From: Balanoglossus misakiensis
Taxonomy: Eukaryota; Animalia; Hemichordata
NCBI GenBank assembly: GCA_040954595.2
Contig: CM082576.2
Location: forward strand, 9,489,129 to 9,553,128
DNA length: 64,000 nucleotides
Reading direction: 5' to 3'
Translations under genes and position numbers: made by a program
In this document: positions 25,285 through 39,466 of the stretch, one piece after another
Position numbering within the stretch: position 1 is the stretch's first letter
Layout of the letters: the number at the start of each line of letters is the position of its first letter
Notes under the pieces: generated by a model
Told to the model about the DNA's origin: nothing
The model's input: the letters and a program-made list of their open reading frames with translations, nothing else
Databases searched by the model: none

Positions 25285-28200
25285 TTATTGAACTTTGCAG
25301 TCTTCTTTGCCCTTTGCTTGTTTTTCTTGCCGAAGTGCTTTTTGTTCAGGTGACTTCTTCAAACTCAGCGATCTCTTGGTGCCGCCAAGACGGGCTGGTC
25401 TCTTCGACATCTCTTCTGTAACGACTTTCTGTGGACTGTTAGTCACCGTCTTCAGAGGCGCACTCTCTTGAATGTTCTGCGAGGAGGCAGAACCAAGTAG
25501 GAAAAAGAGAATTTAAATTTTGTCAAGAAACCAATATCATAGCCATGTCTCTCCCACTGGACCCTTCGGACATGTTGGAAAACAACAAATGGTGATTCAC
25601 TTACGGTCTTGGATTTGCTCTGCAAGGAGCTACTGCTGCGGGTAACTCTCCTGTGGGAAGACCTGGCCGTGGAAACGCCCCCAGTCTCTGCTTGCTGTTG
25701 TTCCTGGCTTCCGAATCGCTGGCTTGTATGGGTGACGGGAGCCTTCGGCGCATCGTGGTGCGAGTTGGTCTCTGCTGCATTTTTTGACGTCACAGACTTC
25801 CGCAGAGTGGACCTTCGGAGAATGAACGGACTGCGTGCTGCGTCCTCAGAAGGGATATCGGAGAAACCTGTAACACAAAAGTTGGTGCTATAACTTTCAT
25901 TTCCCACAGAATAAAAGGCGCCATCTTCCCTTGATGTGAAATGATGTACATCAATTCATGCCCAAAAGAATTTACAATGCTTTTGATATTACTGTATTAT
26001 AAACCTTGCAGACTATACTCCAAACATAAAGGGTATTCATTATTGTGTACAGTACAAGCACAGTACATGTAAGAAACACAAGTTTTCACAAAATTACCTT
26101 TAGAAACAACTGAAGGCAATCCTTCAAGTTCTGGCAACTGAATCTCACTACCAGTCTCTCTGCTGACTGCACTGTTTTCCTCCTGATATCTTGTACGTTT
26201 GGAGTCCTCTGACGAAGATGGACTTCTGGAGCGCTTGGCAGGTTTGATGGTTTCAGATGCTCGTACTGTGCCTGTCGCGACTGCATCACTTTCCGTGCTG
26301 GGTGATTTGTTGTGAACGTCCAAGATCTTCGTCAGACTCCTCCTCTTCGTCGAGAGCCTGGCTTTCTTGATATCCTTTGGTGTGAGGTTGGCTACAGCTG
26401 CAGTGGCGTTTGCCGGTGACACTGAGGGCTTGCCACAATTTGGCGCTAGTTCAGGTGATTGTTTACTGGCATTGGCTTGCACGATTATTTGTTTACAAAA
26501 GCCAGCCTGCACGTTTGTGTGTCTGCTGCTGCTGTCAGCTTGCCTGCTTAGTTGTTCACCGGTGCCCCCTTGCCCGCTTGTCTGTTTAACCCCGGCAGCT
26601 TGCACTTTTGTCTGCCTACTGCTATCGGCCTGACCGCCTGCCTGTCTCTGGCTCTGCAGCTTCAGCTGGTTGGCAATGAGTGTCACCCTGGATTTCAGAG
26701 ACTGGTTCAGTTCATCCGTCTTCCTGAACTTCTTGATCAGATTACAGTACTTCTCAAGATTGGCGTTCGCTTCCCTCTCCTTGATCTCCAGCTGGTCCTC
26801 CATCTCCTTCAGTTTCTCCCTCAACTTCGCCACCTCTGCACCGTCTGGCGTCGCCGCGCTCTTAGCCCCGGAGCTTCCTTTCGAGCTGGCGATCTGAGAT
26901 TCCAGTTTTGAAACGTACGAGTGAGCAGCCGCCAGTTCTTTCTCCAGCCTTTTGCCGTTGTTCATTATGAGCTGCACTTTCCCCTGAAGTGACGCTTTAT
27001 CCTTTTCCAGTGAAGCTTTTTCCTTCTCCAGTGAAGCTCTGACTTTCTCCAGCGAGTCTATCTTGCTCGTCAGTTTCTCTTGCTCATTGGAATCACTGTC
27101 TGATCTACTGTTCAGCGCCTGTCGCACTCGCCCAAGCTCTTCCTCCACCTTCGCCTTGGCTGTCTTCTCATCCGCCAGCTGTCCCCTCAGCTTGGAACTC
27201 TGTGCCTCAACTTTTTGGAGCTCTTTGATGTGCTTCTGGTTGGGAGAGTCCTGCTGTTCCACTCTTTTCAGTTTGATGCTCATCGTCTTCATGGCTTGGT
27301 TGGCCGACTCAGCAGAGAGTTTCAGCTGTTCGCACTCAGACTTCAGCCCTTCAATTTTCTCATACTGTGGCGGATAAAAATACACATTTCAAAATTGTGC
27401 ATTTGGTTAGGTGTTCAATTTTGTGGCACACAATACAATATTGCGGCTACTCAACTGTGACACTTGATATTGGATACAAGAACATATGCATGGTGCAACA
27501 TAAAAATTTAGCTTGAATTCACATTCTTTCATAATTCCAAACAATTCAAATTGTAGTATCAGTGAAGGTTCACCTGCTGCTTGTTTTCCTTTGAACTAAG
27601 TGACAGTTTGTGTTCAGCTTCTTCAAGAGATGTGCTCAGTTCCATCTTGTCGGTTGTCAGTTCGTTGACAATTGAAACTTTCTGTGCCAGCTGACTCTCA
27701 ATGTTGGCCATCTTCCTCTCATGCGACTCAATCTGAGTGGAAAACTGTGAAAGGAAAAAAAGAGTGAAAGATTTTACTTTATTGAATGGCATCACTACAC
27801 GATACGGTACACTTATCAACATGTAAATGGCAAACATCCGTACTAATTTGTAGTCACAGAAACTGCAAAATTCACAAGAACATCAAAGTATTCTTTACAC
27901 TCTAGTGACAGGAAAACTCCATTGAATAGTATAGTATGGATTACTGAATGGAAGTTATGGCAGAAATTTAACACTTTACCTCAGTTTGTAACTTTCTGAT
28001 TTCTTCCTTGTTGTCCTTCTCCATCTGTTGCATCCTCTGTTCATAGTTTTCCACTTCTGTCCTCACGGCAGTTTGAGACTTCAGCAAGTCTTCGTGCGTC
28101 CGCTGCAGATTTCTCTCAAGGTCGGACTTTTCACTGGCGACACCCTCCAGTAGCAGCTGCAGTAAAATGAAACGGTAGTTGTTATTTTTAATACTTTATA

Positions 28201-31200
28201 TGTAAGTAGACAAACAATCAGCAAGCTTTGATTGTTTCCAACTTGTAGATGATGGATTAAATGTATTAACTAGCTGAGCATGGTATGCAATACAGAAATT
28301 ATTCCAGATCAGTGTAATGATGCCCAAAATGGACATACATGTACATACATGAATGTGTTAAGAGTGAATGATTATCTGAGTATCTGATTGGAAGGCAGGA
28401 ACTGTAAGGGACATAAATATGAACATTGAGCACGAAAAAAGTCTGAAAGAATGAATGAGTGAATGAATGAATGAATGTGAGACTTAAGATAACCAGACAG
28501 CTCTTACCTTTTGACTTTCAACTTCATTCTCCATGTCTGATAATTTGTCAGTCATTTCTTGGATCTGACGTTGCAGCTTGTTTCTCTCAGAGACAGCGTC
28601 CCCATCGGCGCATTTCAGTCTCTCCAACAGCTGCTGGTTTTCTGTCACTGCCTCATCATACTGCTGCTTCAGATGGCCGTGCTCCGACTCGATGAGCGCC
28701 TGCGACTCCTGCAATTCGGTGCATTTGGCCCTCTCCCTCTGTAGCTCCTCCTCCAGCTCCTCCGACTCGCACTTCACTTCTTCAACCTGGAATTGTAGGT
28801 TCTCCGCCTCCTTGCTGATTCCTCCGACCTGGGACTGCAGGTTGGCCTTTTCGGCCTCGAGCGCTGCAATCTGGTCCGTCAGGTTCTGCTTGGCCGTTTC
28901 ACTCTCTCTTGATGACTCCTCCAGTTCGTCTCTGGCCGCCGTCACTTCTTGCAGACGCCGCCTCAGTTGTTTCGCTTCATCAGCCGCCACCTCATTTTCT
29001 GTTTGGAGCGCACTGTTGAGCTCACTCAAACGTGTGGTTTGCTCGCTCAGTTCTTGTTTTTCAGCTTCCAGGGCGCAGTTGTTCTGTTGAAGCTGCGTTT
29101 CCCTCTCCTCAGAATCTTGCAGCCTGTCGGTGGCAGTCCTAATCTCGTCCTTCAGGTTGGTGACTTCTTCCAAGAGAGTTGATACCTCACTCTCTGCATT
29201 ACTCTGGAAGACTTCGTTTTCTTTTCTCAGCCGGTCAATCTGCCTGTTTTGATTCGCAATGTCTTCTTTGAGCACTTCAACATCTTTGAGTTGATGCTGC
29301 AACTGTGAGTTTTGGTCAACCTTTTCCGAATCTAGAACACTGAGTTCGGTCTCAAGATTTTCGATCTTTGCCTTCAGTTCACATTTTTCATGCTCAAGTG
29401 TTTGTAGCTCGGATTTTAATTTCTCTCCTTGGCTTTGATGTTCTCGAAGTTCTTTTGTTATGGAATTTATTTCATCCTTCAAGCTTGAATTTTCCATCTG
29501 AATGCAATCAATGAACTCGGCATTTGCAATCTGTTGAGCCCGTGCTTGCTTCTCCTTGCTGGCAAAGCTGTCGATGTGCGACTTGAGCTGTTCACAGCTG
29601 GACTTGATCTCTTGTAGCTCAGACTGCGTGCTGGCACACTGTTCCTCCAAGTGTTCTTTTTCGGCCCTGAGCACCCCGATCTCGCCTTCCATCCCTTCAT
29701 TGACGCTTTCGACACGGGTCCCCCTCTCTTGCAGTTCTCTCAGCTGCTCTTCAAGACCCTGTTTCTCGACTGTAACAGACCTCAGTCGTTCTTCAATCTC
29801 CTGTTTCTCGGCAGCTGCCAGCTGAGTTGATGATTCCGTGGAGTCAAGCTGATTACTCAGGTCTCCGTTTTCTCCCCTCAGCCTTTCCACCAGACCATCA
29901 ACCTCCGCCATCTTTTTCTTCAGCTCCCCATTTGAAGTCTCTGCTGATCTCAGCTGCTCAACCAGTTCAAGATTTTTCATTTCTGATTTTGTCACGGTTT
30001 CTTGCAGATCGTCCAACATGTCCCGTGCTTCATCTCGCTGGCTCAGTGCCGACTGCAGCTCTTGGTCCAGCTGGTCTTTGTTTTCCTTCAACGCCTCAAA
30101 TTCATGCCTAACTTCTTCCTGACTGCACTGTTCGTCTTCTCTGGTGCTCACCAGTTGGTGATTCTCGGCCTGGGTGGCTTCCAGGTCCGATGACATGAAC
30201 TCTAACTGGCTCAGCAGCTCTGTCTTGTCGACATCCAGGTCACTGGCTCTTTTCAGGGCATCGTCGAGCTTCTCAACCAGAATGGCTTTCTCTGCTTCAA
30301 GAGACTCAACCTGACTAGTCAGCTCTTGATGTCTGTCCACGGTTTCATCAGCTTCCAGCCTCGTGGAGTTCAACTTGCTTTCCATTTTGGATGTCTGCTC
30401 CTTCAGCTTACACACTTCACCTTCTCGTTCTGCAAGTCTTTGCTCTAACCGAACCTTTTCATCACTCACAGCTTCAACCTGTAACTGTGCATTTTCGGAA
30501 AGGACTCGATTTGCGGCCAATTCTTCTTCCACTGATTTCACCTTGTAATCTAATTCCTGCACTTGTGATTCCTTGTCGGAGAGCTTTTCCTCAGCTATGC
30601 TCAGTTTTGCAGACAGGCCTTCATTCTCCAAATCAAGCCTGTTGATTTCACGCTTAAGTTCTTCAGCTTCAGACGCATTTCTCTCACTGGAGTCTTCCCT
30701 CTCCTCTTTTGCACTAGCAAGATCCACTTGGAGATTACTTCTCTCTTTGACAGCCTTGGCCATTTCTTTTTCTTGTTCCTCAAGCTTCTTGGCCAGTTCT
30801 TCGATTTCATGCGAGCTGTCTTTGATCTGCGTCTCAAGTTCAACTCTTGTGTCATGAAATTCTTTCTCTGCGTGTTGCATGGCATCAAACTGGTCTCTCA
30901 GGTTCTCCTGTAGGCTGTCGATGCGAGATACAGAAGCATTCCATTTTGTGGTTGCTGTCTCCACCTCGTTTTCCAGCTGTTTGAGTTTGTCTTCTTTTTC
31001 CTGCAACGCATCTTTGAGAGAATTCACTTCATCCTTCAATACTTCAGTTGCAGCTGTCTCTTGCTGTCCTAAGGCAACGAGTTCATTTCTCCTGTCCATT
31101 TCTACTTTGAGATTCTCTCTTGTTTTTTCCAGCTCTTCAGACATCCCAGAGAACTTTTCTTTGTCTTCTGCAATTCTGAACTCATGTTCTGATTTCAAAG

Positions 31201-34200
31201 TTTCAATCTCCTGGTTTAATGACCTCACTTCATCATCATACTTTCGCCTCAAGGCTGTCATCTTTTCGGTCTCTTCGGCTAACTGCTCGTGCAGAAGGGA
31301 CTTGTCATTGGCAGCAGCAGCTTCAAGGTCCCTGGTTTGTTGCTCCAGAACTTCTATTTGCCGAGTTTTCTCTGCCAGGACTGTTTCAAGATCGTTCAGC
31401 TTCGTCTTGTGGGATTCTGTCTCTCTTCTCCTTTCCTCTTCAACAGAAGTGGAACTCTTTCTCAGTTCGCCGATGGTAGTGTTGAACAGCAGCAGCTCTT
31501 TTTCCATTTCCAGCACTGAATTGTTCTTCTCTCCCAGCCTCTCCTTGAAGTCTTCAATTTCGTCCTTCAGCAGGTCAATGTCAAACTGGAACTGGGCTTC
31601 TTTGCTGCGGTGTTCACTTTCTTTCTTCTCAAGGTCCCCTCTCAACTCGTCCGCTTCACACTTCAACTTGTGGATCTCTTCCTGGTGTTTACTGACATTA
31701 TGACGCTCTTCAATTTGAGTTTGCTGTGCTTCTTTCAGCTCGTTCTTGAGTGATTCTACTTGATCTTGCATGCTTTTTATCATTTCCTGGTGCTTTTCAC
31801 GCTCTTTCTCTAAACACGACTCCTTCTCAGTCAAAGCCTCTTGCGTATTTCTCAGATCAGCTTGCTTGTTGTCCATGCGTTCTTCCATACTATTCAGGTC
31901 TTCCTGCATCCTGGCGATGGATTGGTTCTTCTCGTGTATCTGTGATAGGTAATCTTTCTGACTGCTGCTAAGTTCGTCCTGTGACTCTTCAAATTCTGTC
32001 TTCATCCTTTCAATCTCACCGTCTTTCATGTTTACCACCTCCTCTAAATCACAGATCTTATTGTCTTTTTCAGTGAGTGTGATCTTGAGAGACTCCACCT
32101 CCACCTTCAGAACCTTCATGTCATTTTCAGTGGCACCGTTCTCCTCTGTCAGCTGCTCTACCTTTTCCTCCATTCCCTTCAAATCACCTTGTGTGGAGAT
32201 CAGCTGTTTTTCAAGTTCCTTGAGGTCCTTATCTGACGTCTTGTAAGTGTCTTGGCTTTCTTGCAGCTGTTTCACCAGATTCTCCCTTTCCACGTCGAAC
32301 TCTTTCTGTGACTGTTCAAGTGTGTCCTTGTTTGCCAGTAGCTCATTGGTCATCTGACTGAGGGCATCCTGTGTACTCTTTAGCTCGTCTTGAATTTCAT
32401 CCTTTTCCTTTTGCAGTGTTGCGACAACAGTGTCAGAATTCTTGGTAACGTTGTCATGGGTCTTCTTGAGTTCTTCTAGAGATTGGGTCAACAACTTCAA
32501 TTCAGACTCTTTTCCTGAAAGATCAAAATCACACACAAAGAAGGTTTTAGTTGTCACAGAAGCAATCTGTTGTTTTTGTCTCAGTTGTCTGGCTGTTTTC
32601 TACCTCTGCACTCTCCTTGTTACATATATTCATCAGTTGCCACAAAGGATACGTGAACTGCAGAATTGGTTTGGTCATGCAATATCATATACTGTATGCA
32701 TGAATATGCAGGCACATCTGGTTCCTCAGCTTACATGTATTGAGTTGTCAAAGGCAACAAAAATGCATAAAGAAAGCAATATCTGATGGCTTACTTGTCA
32801 ATGTGCTTGTGATTTCTTCATTTTCACTGGTCAGTGTCTCAACCTCTTTCGCCTTGGCATCCAACTGTGATGTTAACTTCGTTACTTCAACCTGCTTGTC
32901 TTCACATGTCTGCTGTAGTTCAGCCCTCACACTCTGAAGTTGTTGGGTTTGGTCGTCACTCACTTTCAAGAGATGTCCTTTCTCACTGTTGGCAGCATCC
33001 AGTTGTTGTTTCAACTGACTGTTTGCTGTGCTCAGCTTATCACACTCCTGTTTCAGTTGATCACTCTTCTCTGTCAGCGCACTCAGCTGCTCAGTGAAGC
33101 TTTCAATGTCTTCTGCATTGTTTTCAAGATTGAAGCGCGCCTCTTCTAATTTACCTTGAAGGCCCTCAAGCTCTTTCTCTTTTTCACAAAGCCTCGTCTC
33201 CAGATCGGCAATCAAGTCGGCTGACTTTTCTCCAGACATTTTCAAATCATTGTTGAGTTTGCAGACGTCCCTTTTCAAAGACTCATTCTCAGCAGTGGTC
33301 TTGCACTTTTCTTCTTCTGATTGTTGAATCTCTCCCGTCAGTTTTTCGATCTCACATCTCTGCTGTTGAATCTGCTGCTCATTGTGTTCAAGTTTCAAGT
33401 TCAGCTCTTCTAGTGTCTTGTCTCTCTCCTCTACATCCATGACACTGACTTCTAGTTTTGACTGCAAAGAAGACTGTTGGTTCTTCAACTCCTCCATAGC
33501 ATTCTCATGCGCATCCTTGGCACTACTCAAGGCATTTTCTAAATCTTGCATCTGTTCCTGCAGACGGTGAATCTCTTTCTCCTTGGCTTCTCCACTGAGT
33601 GTCTTCGCATCAAGGTCGTTCTTGAACTCTTCGCACTGCTTATTCAACTTCTCATTTTCCATCTTCTGGTCAGCGGCACTATCCTGGTGGGTCTTCACCA
33701 TCCCCTCCAAGCTCTCTATCTGCTCCTTCAAACGACCACATTCCCCGATCTTGCCAGTGAGCTCGCTTTGACCTGCCTCCAGTTTGCTCTTCAGTACCTC
33801 ACACTCCTTGCCAAGGCCATTCACAACCTCTTCCCCATCCTTGATGCTGTCTTTCAGACTCCTGACTACCTGTTCCTGCTGTTCTGCCTGTTGTCTCAGA
33901 GTCTGAATCAAGTCTGCAGACTCGCTCTCTTTTACGATCTTCTGATCGAGCTGCGCCTGTGCCTGATTCAGTTCATCCTTCAGTGACTTCACTGTGGACT
34001 CTCGATCGTCCAAATTCGATTTCAGTGAGTTCACAGTGGCCTCCAACTGTTCTACCTGTTTCTCGTAACTCTCGACACATTCATCCTTGTCTTCCATATC
34101 CATCTGCAGCAGGTCCAACTTGCTCTGGATCTTCTGATTCTCATTCTGGACATCTTGCATTTCAGCCGTCATCCGTTGCATTTCTTCAGTCTTCATTCTG

Positions 34201-37200
34201 AGCAGGTCTTCCTGTTTCTCCTTTTCGGTTTGCAGTGAGGTTAGCTGGGTGTTTAGTTCGTTCATTTTCCCGGTTACTTCCTGAACAGACGCTTCGGCAG
34301 CTTTGCTGGTGTTTTCCACCTCTGCCATGAGGTTGTTGATTTCTGTGTCTTTAACTGACAGCGCCGAGTTACTCTGCTGTTTGTTTTCATCCAGTGCAGT
34401 CTTAGTGGATTCCAGTTCAAGAACAGTGGTGTTCATTTTGCTCGTCGTCTCATCCAACCTGCTCTGAAGCTCTTCCAGTTCTTGTACGGTTTGCTTGAGC
34501 TCACCATCTTTCGCTTTAACCACTGACTGGCTCTCTTCCAGCTGATCTCTCATGAGCGAGTGTTCCTTTTCAAGACTGCCCAGTTTCTGTTCCTTCTTAG
34601 CCAGTTTGTTCTGCAAATCATCCATTTCTTTTTCTTGGTTGCTGAGTTTCTGCTCTATATCAACCATCTCTGAGCTCTTACTATCAGCAATTATTCTACT
34701 CTGCTCCAGGCCTGATGAAAGATTTTTGACTTCCTCTTGAAGATTCTGAATCTCTGTTTCTCTTTCTGCCAGGGTGTTGGCAAGAGTTGCCATCTCACCT
34801 GCCTTTTCTTTCATATTGTTCTCAAGTTGCCCTAACTTGCTTCTAAGACTGTCTGTTACATCTACAAAAAGGAAGAACAGAAACATTGATCATAAATAAT
34901 ATTAACAAACTTTCTTATATATCAGGTGAAGTTTTGGATGAAACATACTGATGAATTCACTGGATGTACAATAACAAATTCCATTTTTGGTGATTGACTG
35001 GAAAACACAAATGAGGATTCCACACGTGTGTCAGCTAACACTAATACCATACCTTGCATTTGACTTTGTGTCTGATCCTTTTCTGCTTGGAGATTTTTCA
35101 GATCTTTCTTCAGTTGCTCAATCGCTTCTCCTCTTTCTTGCAGTGTCTTCAATGCCTCATCTTTACTCTTAACAGCAAGCCTGTAATGACAACATGTTGA
35201 TGAACTGAGAATTTTCTTAGGCTGTCTCTATTTTCTGCAATGCGCGAATTCTGCAATTCACGATATGTTGCATGGCTATATTATTTCTTTTCTCTGTTTT
35301 TGGCAACTTTTTTGTCCCATCAGAGTTAATCTAAAATTATGATTTTAATTTTTAATAGCTGACAGTTTAAGTCATTTTAAAACTTGGCATTTATATGGTG
35401 ACATTGGTTTGATGAAAATTAAAACTCACCCCTTCTTTGACTCCATCTCTTTGAGTGAGTCCTCGCGGTGTTGTAAATATTCTCTCAGCCTGCTGACCTC
35501 CTTCTCAGACTGCTCCAGTTTGTCAATCAAGTCAGTCGCCTCCTCTCCCTTCATGTCAGCCAATGCACACGCTTTCTTGTAATCAGCCTGCACAGTTTTG
35601 CTTTCCTTCAGGGCAGCATCTAACCTGGACTGCAGCAGCTCCAACTTCTGAGTCGAAGCAGCCTGAACCTGCGAGACTTCACAGTCTTTCTGCCTGACAG
35701 CCTCCTCAAGCGTGGATTTCTCGGTCACGAGTTGATCGTATTTTGCTTTCAACTCACCGTGACCCTGCTTCTCAGATTTCAACTTGTCTTCTACATTGTC
35801 GAGGTAATTCTTTTGTTTCTCACAGTCTCTTTGCAAAGTTTCCAGCTCCTGGATTTTGCTGAGGACCTCTTCTGACTTGGCGGCCAGTTCCTCATCTTTT
35901 GATGTCATCAAAGCTGTCTTCTCAGCAAATGACCTCTGCATCCTGGATTCAAGGTCCTGGATTGATTTCTTCATTTCATTTTTCATGTCCTCTATTTCCC
36001 TTTCTTTGGCTGACAGGGACTCGTCTTTGACCTGCATGGTTTTGTTCAAATGCTCACGCTGTTCTTTCAATTCATCGATGCTTTTCTTGCCGTTGAGAAC
36101 TGCGCACTTCTCTTGGTCCAAGTCTCTGGTGAGTTCAGCTATTCTTGCTTCAAGCTGCGCTGTACTGCACTTCATTTCATCCACCAAGTTCTGATGTTTG
36201 CTGCCTTCCCTTTCCAGAGACTGCTGTACCTCGCGTATGTGCTTAGTAAGCTGTAAAATTTCCTTGTCTTTGCTATCTACCAACTGTTGAAGGTTTTCGC
36301 TGGTTAGTTTAGATTCTGTGATGATTTTTTCAAGCCTGGCTTTCTCTTCTACTCCTTCATCTAACCGCTTCTGCTGTTCAAAATTCTTCTCTTCAGTGCT
36401 CTGCATCTTTTTATGCATGTTTTCCTTATCGCTCTTCAGTTTTTCTACTTCTTGTGAAGAAGCCCTCTGATCTTCTTTCAGACTATTCATTTCTTTTTTC
36501 AAAGATTCTATTTCTACCTTCTTCTCTTCCAGCTGCGCTTGCAGCTTTCCAAATTCTGTATCTGTTTCGCCAATCTTCTCTTTCAACTTGTTTAGTTCAT
36601 GTTCATATTTTTTAGCCATGTCTGTCGCACCACTATTTTTGGTTTCTAGATCAGCACATTGCTTCTTCATCCTCTCCACAGATTCAGCCATCGTTTTAGT
36701 CTCGTTCTCGCACTCCGACTTCAAGCTTTCCAGCTCCAGATCCTTCTCCAGTATCTTTCCTTTCAAGTCGCACACGGCACTCTCGCTCTGTTGTGCGTCG
36801 TTCTTCGCCTTTGTCAACTGCTTCTCCAGGTTGTCGATTTTGCAGCTGCTCTCCTCCAGCTTGCCGACCAGGTTACTCTTCTCCCGGTCCATGCCGGCCA
36901 TCTTGGCATCCAGCTCTGCCACGGCAGCGTCGTGCGCCTTCTTGCTCTGCTCCACGCTCTGCAGTTTGTGATCGGCCTCCTTCAGCTGCTTCTCCAGCTT
37001 CTGGCTCTGCAGCTCGGCCTTTTCCAACTTCCCTTGGACGTTGTTGTACTCGTTGCGGGATTGGTTCAGCTCCTGTTGCATCTTATTCTTCATCTCACTG
37101 TACTGTTTGTCGAGGGACGACAGCGTCTGGGACTGCTGGGCTATCTCTGCTCTCAGCTCCTGCTCTCTCTCTTTCATCCGTTGCTCCTGCGCCTGGCGGG

Positions 37201-39466
37201 CAGCTTCAGCATTGTGGCGCTGGCAATCAAGCTCTTGGGTAAGTTGCTTGTTTTTCTGCTCAAGGCCATTCAACTGACAATAAATTGAAATAATAATAAA
37301 CATGCAACTTTAAGATGTGGCTGTAATATGAAATCAGAATAATGAAATGAATAGCAATTTATAAATCATTTTTAAATTTAAGGGGGCGGCGGGTTTTAAA
37401 CTTAAATGCTTCTGATAAAATTTCACCCCTACAACACTGAATGCTTATGCCACAGACATTAGCTCCTGTAAGCCATTGGCATTAGAAAGGGATACATTTC
37501 AATTTCTTGTGTGGTAAAAGTCTACCTTAAAAATTAACCTATGTTTCACAGTACATCTACGACAATTTCAAGAAAAAATATTGTTTGAAATCATTTTAAG
37601 GGTTTACCTTGATATTTGCCTTTTCCAGATCTGCAGTGACTTTGTTGAGCTCGGCCTGCAATTTGTTCACCACTTTGTCCTTCTCGGCCAGCACTGACTT
37701 GTTGGAATCCAGTGAAGTCTGCATTTCAGCAATCTTCTCATTCAAGTGAGCAACCTCTTTCTCTTTAGCCTGAAGCTTCAACTCTAGTTTAGAACTGGAT
37801 GCCTTGATAGCTAAAACAGTGACAAATGATTTTCAGGCTGTTGTTATACTTTTAATGAGAGTCAGTACATGTATGCACCAACAAAGGTATGAAGCAAATT
37901 TAAATAGATCAGTAGCACTAGATGTACTTCAATTAAAATTAATATACAGTACACATACAAGAGACTGACTGCTTGATTGAAAGTTGCCAAACATGGTTAG
38001 ATAATAACAAAAAAAGAAAAATGCATGGTATGTACTTGATTAACTGATAACATTGATGATTTAAGATGTACATTTGTATTGAATACACACAGAACTAATG
38101 AAACTTGACTCTTACATTCATTTTCTTTCTTCAGGTCTTGCAATGTAGATTCCATCTTCTGCAGGGCAATGTCCTTTAACTTTTGCTGTTCCTGTGACTC
38201 TCTCTGCTGCTCTTTTGACCTATTGACTTCTGCAAGTGTTTGGTTGTCAAGTTTCAAACTCAAGTCTGTTTTTTTCTCTCTCAGGCTGTTCATTTCTGAT
38301 GAACTGACGTTCAGTTCCTTGTCAACCTATCGATGAAGTGGATGGGAAGGAAACTGATTAATTGTTTGAAACCTTGTATGAAAAAACCTTATGTAACATG
38401 CCTAGTACTGTATGCAAGTACAACATGAAATGCCCATGTGTATTGCAAATTAATTCGCTCTAGACTCACTGTACTGATTCTTGCCACCTTTACTGTAAAG
38501 CCTTTCACAATTTGTGTATTATATCTCTCATTAGTGGCAAGTACATATTCCTAGGAAGACCTTGCAGGTAATAACAATCACCAAAGTGTGAAATCTTCAT
38601 TTGATACAAGTGTTGCTTTACCTTCTCCTGCAACTTCTGTAGATTTGCAGCAACTCTTTCATGTTCTTTTACTTCATTTTCATATTTTGCTTGCAATTGC
38701 TTCAGCTGATTTTTCAGGTCAGCGACATCATCACCATTGTGACTTCCTACAAGAGACAAACATTATAAATAAGTGTATGAATTGTATTCTCTCTTTTACA
38801 CAGGGCCATCAATGTACAAACAGAATGAGGCATACACTACATAGCCAATACATGTACAGTACATGTATGTATCTTACCTTGTGAGGATGTGCTGATGTGC
38901 CTACTCCTACTTCCCTGCCTCTCCAGTTCATTCTCAAGCTTCTTCAGCTCATACTGCAGGTTTCTCACTTTCTCGCTCTGGCCCTCCAGCTGCGCCTTCT
39001 GGTGATTGCAGTTCACCTGCAGATGAGAATGCTCGTGCGACAGCCTCTCCAGCTTCTTCTGCGACTGCAGGTGCTCGGCTTCGGCCCGCTCCACTTCCCC
39101 CTTCAACTGATGGTTTCTGTTGGTCTCCGTCTCCAGCAGTGACTTTGTGTGGGTGATTTTGCCTTCCAAGCACGCGATCAGCGAATCTTTGGTCTGCAGC
39201 TCGTGCATCACCTTCTCCTTCTTCTGTTCAATCTCCCTGCACGAATCCATCAAGCTCTGGCTCTCTCTTTTCAGGATAGAATTTTGTGACTTTTCTTCTT
39301 CCACCTTTCGGAGCTGCTTCTGATACGCTTGCTCCAGACTCTCCAGCTGGAACTGCTTCTGCTTTTGTTCCTTCTTGATTTTATCCAGTGAGGTTTCCAG
39401 CTGCTGTATCTTCTGGAGAGCCCTGGATGGCAGGCCATCCTTCCATTCGTCACCGGCCCAACTCAT
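25285..39466 (-). CDS. CENPF: Centromere protein F (mitosin/LEK1) orthologue, ~3,740-aa coiled-coil protein
   Basis: 13 phase-consistent exons: 39466-38878, 38746-38622, 38326-38116, 37810-37608, 37273-35430, 35180-35053, 34861-32795, 32514-28508, 28156-27980, 27732-27574, 27364-26098, 25867-25605, 25476-25285. The N-terminus 'MSWAGDEWKDGLPSRALQKIQQLE' matches the CENP-F N-terminal domain. 'EGLPSVVSKGFSDIP...SPFILRR' matches the C-terminal Rb-binding region. The protein ends '...KEDCKVQ*' (CAAX). Confidence 0.93.

Noticed and set aside
28471-37288. Many Ser/Leu/Phe-rich plus-strand ORFs (e.g. 30879-31703, 36659-37288)
   Set aside because: Antisense by-products of Glu/Lys/Gln-rich CENP-F exons.
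28484-37303. Large coiled-coil ORFs read as separate myosin-, golgin- or SMC-like genes
   Set aside because: They splice in phase between the CENP-F N-terminal and C-terminal signature exons. No motor, GRIP or ATPase motifs.
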